From Bugula neritina (taxonomy: Eukaryota; Animalia; Bryozoa), in contig OZ037768.1 in NCBI GenBank assembly GCA_964035545.1, forward strand, positions 15,793,875 through 15,857,874: a stretch of 64,000 nt of DNA, written 5' to 3'. The translations under genes and the position numbers were made by a program. The notes beneath the pieces were generated by a model, which searched no databases, was not told the DNA's origin, and saw only the letters and a list, made by a program, of their open reading frames with translations. Below, piece by piece: positions 1-9,300 of the stretch. Position 1 is the stretch's first letter. The number at the start of each line of letters is the position of its first letter.

Positions 1-698
1 ACACTACCACAGGACTCTTCCAGCTAAAGGGATCCGTATGCCGTATGAAACGGAAACTGCGTACATGCCAAGCCAAGCACCGGCGTGCCCAACAAGGACT
101 CTAGTTAGACTACCCGGAGTACTCCAACTCCGCCTCTTGGGAGAAGCCCAGATGTCATGTAAATGTTTGACTGCTTAACAGGTTATCCCCTGTCTAACAC
201 CACAGCTAGCTAGTATTCCTCGTCTATCTACAGCTGGCCAATTGTATGCAACGGATCGTTATAATGACTCTGTCTATTATTATGTCTCTTCCTGTATATT
301 ATGTATTATTTTGTCCACTGATGTATGCAATTACTATTGAATGTTTTTTTATATATATATCAGAAAGATGGCTTTCTGCTGGTGGGGGCGGTGTGGTGGT
401 TCGTGGAACTACCAGCAGCACAACATGTAGGGTCGCGTAATTGACCCGGAACAATGGATAGCCAATTAGCGTAGTTGATAGTTAGCAGCAATTGTAGTTT
501 CCCGCTGCTAACTCAGTCGAAGCTAGAGTGTGAAATAGATTAGATGTGTAACTTGTTTGGAAATAATGTATCGTGTTGTTATAATGTATAGTTGTGTATA
601 AAATATACTCGTTCACTCGACTTATCCTGGTGCAGTTCTATAGTAGATAAATAGACTCTCTGGATAGCACATCAACCCTAAATCTGAAAATCTTAACA
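1..698 (+). mobile_element. 3' end of an LTR retrotransposon (internal 3' region, PPT, 3' LTR 392-698), tail-to-tail with the Gypsy element to the right
   Basis: Purine-rich tract GGTGGGGGCGG (381-391) directly followed by TGTGG (392) ... TAACA (698). The upstream hairpin-PPT motif CAGAAAG-N4-CTTTCTGCTGG matches the element end at 63720-63751. Confidence 0.7.
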
Positions 699-821
699 AT
701 ATATATACAGAGTAGATAACATAAGTATAATAAATGAGTCTTCACGCCGTAGTCCATAACACTTATTTACACTGCTTGACTAGCCAGGAGGGGGGGGGTA
801 CATGTGTAGGTGGCCGCACCT

Positions 822-1986
822 CTAGCACTTCTTCGCCAGCCGTTTCTCTAGTCGGGTCTGCAACTTAGCCAGCTCGGTGGTTGCTCGCTTCTGTTCTTTA
901 CTGAGGCGAGCCATACGCCGTTGCACTTTCCTAATGTCGGCTAGTAGGGATTGGTCAGGGTCGCTGTCATCTCGGGGTGTGTTGGGGTACATAGGAGATT
1001 GTCGTCGTTGGGGGTTGTGAGTCCTTCGTCACAGCGCGTCCAGCACGGGTTACTACGACGCGTAGAGGTTGGGTGGTTACGTCTGGAGGGTAGGTAATCG
1101 TTGTTTCGGAGGGTTGGGGGTCTGCATCAGAGTCACTCTCTACTGTAGGTCGGGTAGCGGGGAAGTGGTCCAGGAGAGTCTGTCGTCGGTCCGGGTCAGT
1201 CACGTGGGGTAGTATTAGGTCCCGGAACTCCGTGTAAGAGTCTGCGTCGACTTCATACAAGTGCCCTACGTAACAGTCTCTAGTTCGTTGGTGTCTCAGT
1301 ATCGTGTCCCTGCAGAAGTGGTGAACTCCGCAGGGACAGAAAGTCACAGTAAAGTGTTGTGGAACGTGTATTCTCAGTCTCCTAGTAGTCGATAGTATTC
1401 TTCTACATTCAGTGCATTGTCTATTGTCGTCCGTCCCTACTATTGCTTCTATCAATGTTCGAGTCCGTCGAGTCGTCCAGTTAGTCCGTCCCAGTAAGGC
1501 TCTTGGTAGTGCTAGAGTAGTGTCCTTGGCTACAGTCAAGTCATCAGTCAAGTCGTTGGTATCAATTTGCATCGCAGTGTGTGTCGGGGAGTCCGTAAAT
1601 GTTGCTAAATGTATGTCGGACAGCATGTCTACCCCTGCTTCTGACATGCTGTCCCAGTTAGTCGTAGGTGTGTCAAGTAATGCCTGTATCTCGTCGGATA
1701 CAGGCTCAGTCTCACCTGCAATAGAGTATTTAAATTTAATTACACTCTATGCGTGGGACTCCCGTTCCAAACAATATTAAATAATCGAGTCTCACTGTCA
1801 CTCACTGATCGTGTAATCAGCTGAGTCGACTGTCCCACTCTAATTATCAATATCATTCGCTGTCAGGAGTTTCAACTTTATCATTATGACAAAGTGAGAC
1901 TGCTGTCGCTACCAGAATAAATTCTAATTAATTATTATAGAATTCCTAGTAGACTTACCCCCCAAAACAGTTGCTGCATTAGACAT
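822..1986 (-). CDS. Spliced accessory gene of the Gypsy element: zinc-finger protein (exon 1 1986-1959, exon 2 1715-967; coiled-coil tail 1028-822 in a shifted frame)
   Basis: ATG TCT AAT GCA GCA ACT GTT TTG GGG G|GTAAGT donor and CTCTATTGCAG|GT acceptor are both phase 1 and join in frame with the 226-aa ORF. Motifs C-x2-C-x12-H-x3-H and C-x-C-x12-H-x5-C are present. Confidence 0.75.
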
Positions 1987-2226
1987 AATGATGCTGCTGC
2001 TTTCTTAGGGCTCGTAGATAGCCAAATTATTTATTGCAAAAGACGTGCTGCCTGTTTGCTAGCTGTAATTGAAAAGAGCGCTCACAGCTAGAGTGCTTAT
2101 GTAACACCCTATACGCTGTGATTTGGCTACGCTCTGCTGACCCCCGGCTGACCTATTCAATCCGCCACTGGGTCGCCTGCTATCAATTACCTCGCTCCCC
2201 CAGACTCCTTTGTGAATGTCGCCATG

Positions 2227-5200
2227 CTACAGAATACTGTGCATGTCGACCAAGTCACACAAGAAGTCTTTTAAATAAGATGGTGGCGCCCTGGTACGTT
2301 GGCTACGGTCCAACGGTACCGGGGAGTTTGCTGTGACTGGCGACTCTTCCACCACGGGTGGTGTCGCCAGTACGGGGGGGGTCCACCAGTACGGGTGGCC
2401 CTCCCCCAGCTGCCTCTCCCTCAGTATCCTGAGGAATTTCCATCTCATCCGGAACGATGGGCCTGTCGACCGGCTCCACAGGTGGTGGGGCCGGCTCTGA
2501 CAGGTCTTCAGGTGTGTCGACCTCCTCTTCCTGGGGTGGAGGAGGTTGGGGTTGGTCGGCTGGCGCATCAGCCGCCCCGTCCTGGTCTGGCAGTATCTCC
2601 TCAATCTCTCGATATGCCATGGGTCGCCCCCTCATAGGAGGGCGCCTAGCTGGCTCTAAGAGAGGAGGTGCTTGACCTGCCGCCTCAGGACTTGCCCAGT
2701 GAGGTTTTAGCCGTGCCTCGTTCTGGACCGACACTTGTCCAGACTGTTCCACTTTGTATGTATGATTTGGCATCACCTCAATTACGCAGTAGGGACCTAC
2801 GAACTTCGGCTGCAACTTGGCTGCCTGTCCGCGCCTGCGGCGATGACTGGTCATCCAGACCCAGTCCCCCACCTTGTATAAAGGTGGGTCGTCAGAGTCA
2901 CCACTCCTGACCTGCCACTGCTGCTCACGTAGCACCTCGTGAGCCGTCCCCATGCGTTTTACGAGCTTGTCCACGTAGTCGTGAACATTGCTCTCTGGAT
3001 TCGGAACATGATAGGTTACGTGCTCAGGAACCCTTGTTTCTCTCCCCAGCATGAGAAAATTAGGGGTCTCCAGTGTACTGGAGTGAAGGGTACTACGGTA
3101 CGCTCGCATGATCTGCGGCAACACCAAGTCCCACTCTTCCTGGCTCCTACCGATAAGCAGGCTTCTCAGAGAGTCCCCTAGCATTCGGTTGTTCCGCTCC
3201 ACGACCCCGTTCCCTTGCGGGTGATACGGGGTCGTCCGACTCTGGTTTACCCCCCACATTCTACAGAGATCGCTCATAAGTTGCGACTGAAACTGGGCGC
3301 CCTGGTCAGAGTGTATCTGCTCCGGCAAGCCGAAATAGCAGAACACCTGTTGATCCAGAGCTCTGGCCACCGAGGGGGCCGACGCATCTGGAATAGCCAG
3401 TGCATCAGCCCACCGCGTGAAATGGTCAGTTAATACCAGTATCCAGTTATTACCTCTCGCTGTTGTGGGCATGGGGCCTACCAGATCGACAGCAACCACC
3501 TGCCACGGACGACCGGCATGGAGGCGACGCCTCCCTGCGGTCTCAGTGGGGCGGCCATGCTTGCTAGCTTGGCACACCTCGCACTTCCGCACCCGGAGTC
3601 GGACATCCCGGGTCATACCGGGCCAAAACCACTGGAGTTGAAGACACCTGATCACCCGGCTAGCTCCTGCGTGAGCTTGCTTATGGGTGTCCCAGATCAA
3701 CTCCCGCCGCAGAGCTGACGGGCAGACTACCCTCTCTCGTTCACTGCGATTGGTGCCGACTGCCAACGTGATCGTTAGCAGCCCATCGCTGTTGAACCTT
3801 AGGGAGTCCCAGCGGTCACAGAAGTACTTAAACTCAGTACTCTTCACTCGCTGTTCGGCCTCACTCGGCCGCCGTCCCTCCTTCTTGGCCCGGACTAGGT
3901 CAGCTACCACTCCTGGTAGCGTGGACTGGAGCCGACATAGCTCCCTGACGTTCCGAAGCAACGCGGGGTTTGCGTGAAGGTTGTTAACAGCCTTGTTGGG
4001 TGATTCGGACAGGAGTTGCCCTTCTTCCCAGCTGTACACACCCGCTTTCCCCAACTGCGCTTCGACGTCCGAGCGAGGGGGTCCACCGTCCCTGCGCTCG
4101 ATATTCTGGCATTGCTTACACCCATCTGCCTGGCGGCGGCTGAGTCCATCTGCATTACCGTGTTTCTTACCGGGTCGATGCTCGATCCGATAAGAAAACT
4201 CTGCCAGGATCTCTAGCCAGCGCGCCACTTGGCTGGATGGTTCTGCCCATCGACACAGCCATATCAGGGACGCATGATCCATCCGAAGCCGGAATGTGCG
4301 CCCATATAGATATGGTCTAAAGTGTTTGACCGCCTTGACTACTGCCAAGAGTTCCCTCCTGGTTGTACAGTAGTTCTTCTCAGGCGCCGACAGGGCCTTG
4401 CTATAGTAAGCCACCACCACCTCGCAACCATCTTGGACCTGCGATAGCACCGCCCCCACATTATGGTTACTGGCATCAGTATCCAAAATGTACTCCTTCG
4501 CAGGGTCAGGATACGCCAAGATGGGTGCCTCCACCAGGCGATCCTTCAGGTGGTCAAATGCCTTCTGCTCAGCCTGCGTCCACTGCCATCGCACCCCCTT
4601 CGCGGTCAGCCGATTTAACGGCTGTGCAATTCCTGCGAAGTCTGGTATGTACTGACGATAGTACCCAACCAGCCCCAGGAACGCCCGCAATTCAGAGAGG
4701 TCGACAGGAACGGCCCAGTCCCTCACGGCCCGTACCTTCTCGGGGTCAGTGGCGACCCCGTCTCGACCAACTACATGGCCCAGGTACTTGACCTCGCGTT
4801 GCAGTAATGCACACTTCGAGGGCTTCAGCTTCAGGTTAGCAGCTCGGAGTCTGTCGAACACCTCCCTGAGTCGACTGACATGTGTGTCGAAGTCGGGGGA
4901 GATGACGATGACATCATCGAGATATATGAGCAAGGTCTTCCAGTGCAGTCCACTCAGGACCTGCTCCATGAGTCACTGGAAGGTGGCTGGTGCGGACGTA
5001 AGTCCGAATGGCAACACCTTCCATTTCCAGAGTCCATCCCGCGTTATAAACGCGGCCTTGTCCTGTGCTTCAGGACTCAGGGGCACCTGCCAATACCCGC
5101 TTAACAAGTCCAACGTGCTGAAGAACTTGCTACCAGCTAAGGCATCGAGCGACTCATCGATCCTCGGGAGAGGGTAAGCGTCCTGGATGGTCACGCTGTT

Positions 5201-6709
5201 CAGCCTGCGATAGTCAACGCAAAACCTCCAGCTACCATCCTTTTTCCGAACCAGGACGACTGGAGAACTCCAGGCCCCATGGCCTGGCTCAATCAGGTCC
5301 CGGTTCAGAAGGTCTTGCACCTGACGGCTCACTTCTCTCTCCTTCTCAGGACCTAACCGGCGGGTCGGCTGCCGAATCGGCACCGTCCCCGCCGCCAGGG
5401 GTATCTCATGACGAACCGTCTCAGTCAGACCCATGTCATGGTCGCCGCAACTAAACACATCCTTGTACTCAGAGAGTAGCCGCGCCATCTCCAGGCGTTC
5501 TCGCTTGCTCTCACAGCCATCACAGGCATCCTCGTACAAATCTGCTACGTGTTCAGGCACCGGCCCCCTGCCGTCTCTAGTGGGTACTCCCCGGGCACCG
5601 TCCGCTGTTTCCAGCGCGGGCCCTACATCCTCCTCTTGCACGGAGTGGAACTTCCCTACTAGAGACCCAGCCGGTAATTCTACCGGCTCCGTGAAAGGGT
5701 TTACGCACTGGACCAGGAACTCCCTCCGCTCATCCAGTCTATTCAGACTGTTAGCGAGCTGGACGCCCCCCAGTGCACCTTCCACCACTCCGAGCTCGGA
5801 GATCTCCCTACAGTTCACTCTGCAGCGAACTGTAGCCCGGGAGCGCCCAGGTACAGTACAGCGCTGTACCACCTGCACTCCCCCCACCAAGGGTCGGCCA
5901 AATCGGTCGACACAGGCCAGCTCACGCCCCGCCATCACTACTGCCGACTTGCTAAAGTCGATGTAGCACCTGTGTCGCTTCAGAAATGGCATGCCCAAGA
6001 TGGCATCCTCCTTGAGTTGACTGACGATGAAGGTCTCACTGATCATCTGATCACGGACTCTACCAGTCAACTGGATTACCCCATAGAAAGGAATACACGA
6101 CCCGTCCGCCAACGTGCCGTGTTCCCCCTCATATGGTTCTAGGCTAGCCCTGTCCTTGGCACTGAGAGTGTCGAAGAGACGTCGACTCAGTAGATTTGTG
6201 GTACACCCAGTATCCAACAGGAATGTGGCAGCTTTACCAGCAATTTTGCCGGGGAGGAAATAGCTGCTTCCATATGGCTGGGCGCTCACTGAGCGATTTG
6301 TCTCTTGAGGCGACACCTCATGTGCATGGAATTGGGGATGCACCTGTGCTTTTCGGTTGCGAGGGGGTCGTCGACGTTGCATGGGCGGGCAGGGTACGTC
6401 TCGGTCTCGCTCACACACGGGCGGCCGAGTGAATTCTCGGACTGATGCTCGTGTGGGCAACCGAGGAAAATCCCTGTTGTGCTCCCATTCGTCGTTCACT
6501 CCCTCATCAAGCAAACCTTCAAAGCGGTTTTTGAGTGCCCAAGCCGGAGGTATTGGTGGGCCTTGCGGCCGACTCACTCTCCTTGGGACTTGCCACTCTG
6601 GCGAAGGCGGCCTCCTCACCCGATGGGGTGGGGGCCGTAGCCTTTGCCTTGGGGGGTTAAACTCGGGCCCACGGTAGGCGGAAGTTACCTTGGGCCGTCG
6701 CTGTTTAAC
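2227..6709 (-). pseudogene. pol: Gypsy pol (aspartic protease, RT, RNase H, integrase) with one nonsense codon and one likely C-terminal frameshift
   Basis: LLDTGC protease, YLDD RT, TDAS-type RNase H, HHCC and DDE integrase, GPY motif. TGA at 4973-4975 in TFQ*LM. The typical terminal RSQRTRAPPSYLKDF motif lies in another frame (ORF 2227-2604) past a C7 run near 2375-2381. Confidence 0.93.
6660..6709 (-). promoter_or_regulatory. Putative -1 programmed ribosomal frameshift signal (G UUA AAC plus downstream stem-loop)
   Basis: Heptamer at 6709-6703 is in the gag frame, and a -1 slip enters the pol frame (VKQRRPKV). After a 6-nt spacer, GGCCCAAGGTA pairs with TACCGTGGGCC. Confidence 0.7.
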
Positions 6710-7554
6710 CGCCTCCCACTGCCGCGGGGGCAACTTCGTAGGAAGTGCCCACCACTACCACAGCCCCAGCATACGGGGCCGCGCCTGTCGGCGACAGCTA
6801 CCGACGACCTCTTGGGTCTCTCGGCTGTCGCCTGCTGGCGCAGTTGCCTGAACTTGGCGAGCAGTTCTCGAATCAAGCTCGTGGTTAAGCTAGATTCGTC
6901 TGCTGCTGCCACTGCGACTTGTACAGCTGTCTTCGTTGACGACGTCGACACGTCGTCTGCCCCGACTTGCTGTACTGTCGCGCCAGGTCGACTTGCACTG
7001 TCGGCTTGGAAATAGGCATTCCCAAGCCTTAGAGCTCTCTCCATAGTCTCAACTTCGGCCACCAGCAGGTGCTGTTTAAGACCGAGGTTGTTAATAGACT
7101 GGAGGAATGCATCCAGTGCTAGGCTCTGTCGACCATCGGCAGGCAAGTCGCTGTAAGCAACTTGTGCCAGTCGTTCAACTACGGTAGCGCGCTCTCGCAG
7201 ATTGGTCTTAGGATTTCTCCTAAGACTCTGCAGTTGCACGCGAGCATCTCGAGCGGTTAATCCAAACCTAGCTCGTATTGCTTCAAATATGTCACCGACA
7301 TTCTGGCTTATCCCATAGGGTTTAGCCGGCCCTGTCAGACACAACCGCAGCTGGATCAGAGTAACCCTGTTCGGCCATCCGCAGATGTCCGCCACATCAC
7401 TGAACTCAGTGATGAATTGCTCCACATCTTCTTCTCCAGAGAAGGTGGGAGCCCGCAAGTGGTACCTGTCCATAGGCAGCGCTGGGCCGCCTATGTGATC
7501 CTCTTCCATTGCTGCTGGCTCCTGTCGGGGCGCGTCGACGACTTCGTCGGCCAT
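6685..7554 (-). CDS. gag: Gypsy gag polyprotein
   Basis: 289-aa ORF downstream of the PBS, capsid-like N-terminus (APTFSGEEDVEQFI...W), CWGCGSGGHFLRSC zinc knuckle. Confidence 0.92.
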   Translation of the reverse strand: MADEVVDAPRQEPAAMEEDHIGGPALPMDRYHLRAPTFSGEEDVEQFITEFSDVADICGWPNRVTLIQLRLCLTGPAKPYGISQNVGDIFEAIRARFGLTARDARVQLQSLRRNPKTNLRERATVVERLAQVAYSDLPADGRQSLALDAFLQSINNLGLKQHLLVAEVETMERALRLGNAYFQADSASRPGATVQQVGADDVSTSSTKTAVQVAVAAADESSLTTSLIRELLAKFRQLRQQATAERPKRSSVAVADRRGPVCWGCGSGGHFLRSCPRGSGRRLNSDGPR

Positions 7555-7590
7555 CTTACTCTCTGACTAGGGGCATTTGTATTAAGTGAG

Positions 7591-7608
7591 ATCCCACCGC
7601 TGCCACCA
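7591..7608 (-). promoter_or_regulatory. Primer binding site complementary to the tRNA-Leu 3' end
   Basis: TGGTGGCAGCGGTGGGAT, 1 nt downstream of the LTR end, complementary to ATCCCACCGCTGCCACCA. Confidence 0.88.
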
Positions 7609-7609
7609 G

Positions 7610-7925
7610 TGTAGTGAATTTTGCCAGTTCACTATTATTATTTGTGGGTCTACTTAATCAAAGCCACTGCGACAGGTTGTTTACGATAAGATACTTTTAT
7701 TATTTACACAAATACAAGAAGGTTATTTACTGCTAGCATGAATAGAAAACGATTACATAATTAGTGAGCTTCAATACACAACTGTTCTAAAAGAAGTCCC
7801 AAGCTGCTCTGCCGGCTAGCTACTCAGCGCACTGCAACTACGAGTAGCTAGCTCCACCTGCTATCAATTAGTGTCACTGTCCTGATTGGTGGCTACTAAT
7901 GGTGCCACTACTGTCCATAGTTACA
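7610..7925 (-). repeat. 5' LTR (316 bp) of the Gypsy element
   Basis: TGTAA...CTACA termini, CCAAT box, AATAAA, directly upstream of the PBS. Confidence 0.85.
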
Positions 7926-8939
7926 CTCCGACAGTGTCGAACTCACAAGATACATAAAACAGTATAGAGTAAACCTTTTTGATTAATCTAATAGGAATTG
8001 CACTACTAAAATCTATCACAATATTACTGCAATGTGACAAACTGCTTTGTATATAATCTACAATAGTATATCTGCTGTAAATCCTCATCATTGTCAATCA
8101 CTCTTGAGGGATGTCTGAAGGTTGGCAAATCTTAGCTTAATTAAACTTTCTTTGCCAACACTAATGTCTGTATTATCCTGACTTAAGAAGCTTTACTCAC
8201 TTGACAGTTCCTTTTTTTACTTGAACTTGCTTTTATCTTGGCACTTGCATTTGTGGCAGACATAATATGGTGGACAGTATAATATATAGGAAGAGCATCT
8301 AGTCATAATTGCTCCTGTGCCTCATTTAAACAAGTCCTTAGCCCGTTCTAGCAAAAACCCTTTCCATCAGGGGTTCTCACAGGGATAGCAACTATAAACT
8401 TGCGTGAGTTTATAATATGGTAGATTTGATTTTACAGAGTAGTTCTGTTACGTCTGCTCACTGTTTGACGTATACTAGTCACGTAGCTGTAGCCAGCTTT
8501 CACATTGTTTGTTTAAAATACTACGTAGGTTATATTTCAGAAAATTATGGACATTCAGAATTAAGGTATATTAATAATTAATGTTAGCATACCTTGCTTG
8601 TGCTTGGTTTGCATGGGCTTTAGTAACAAGTTGTGCTGATGAAGTGTACATGCTGTAAATACTTAAAAAAAATTTATGTAGTTATTGATTAATGAATAAT
8701 AATGTGAATACAGTGAATTATAAAGCCAGGAAAAAATGCAATTGTCATATATTGTCAGCATCAGTATTAGTAGGTCTCTGGCCATGGATGCGGGTGTGTG
8801 CCTGGGCTATGACTATATGGAGGACAGGCTGTTGCCCATGTAACATGTCCCCCCTTTCCATGTCGCTGGTGTATCCAAAGGAGCAGCAGGGCTGTTCCAG
8901 TTTGGCACCAGCGCCATCGCAGAAGCTGCCAGAACAAGA

Positions 8940-9300
8940 CTATAAACAACCATAGACTGTTTTAGGGGCTACAACTCCTCATTTATCCTGGAGAGTTACT
9001 CCCCAAGCCCTTCGCATGGTTGGGTATTGTCACAAGGCAGCGGTAGTTTGGCGTCAGAGTTTCCTTTTCTTGGATGAGCTGTCTTCCTAGCCCCACCTGC
9101 CCAAAGCAGTGGTTTTAAGGGGCCAGTAACTCGCCTTCGTCCCTTTCCCTATCAGCAGAAGCAGTTATATACCTATGCCACATGAGCATGCTAAGAGTTA
9201 AATTTGTTTGTCAGAGGCTATTTGTCGTGCTTGAAGAAGCATTTTTTTAACAGTGGCAGCTTATCCTCACTGCTGCTCCTTCCTTCTTTCCTATAACAAC
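8940..9300. mobile_element. Probable degraded retroelement fragment (RTE-like 5' region)
   Basis: GC-richer island whose motifs resemble RTE 5' regions as recalled. No ORF support. Confidence 0.3.

Larger units (their letters stand above)
699..7925 (-). mobile_element. Ty3/Gypsy LTR retrotransposon, near full length (5' LTR, PBS, gag, pol, extra 3' gene); 3' LTR not in window
   Basis: LTR TGTAA...CTACA, tRNA-Leu PBS, gag with CCHC knuckle, pol in PR-RT-RNaseH-INT order. Confidence 0.95.

Noticed and set aside
2118-7015. Numerous + strand ORFs overlapping gag/pol
   Set aside because: Antisense shadows of GC-rich coding sequence with no recognisable domains.
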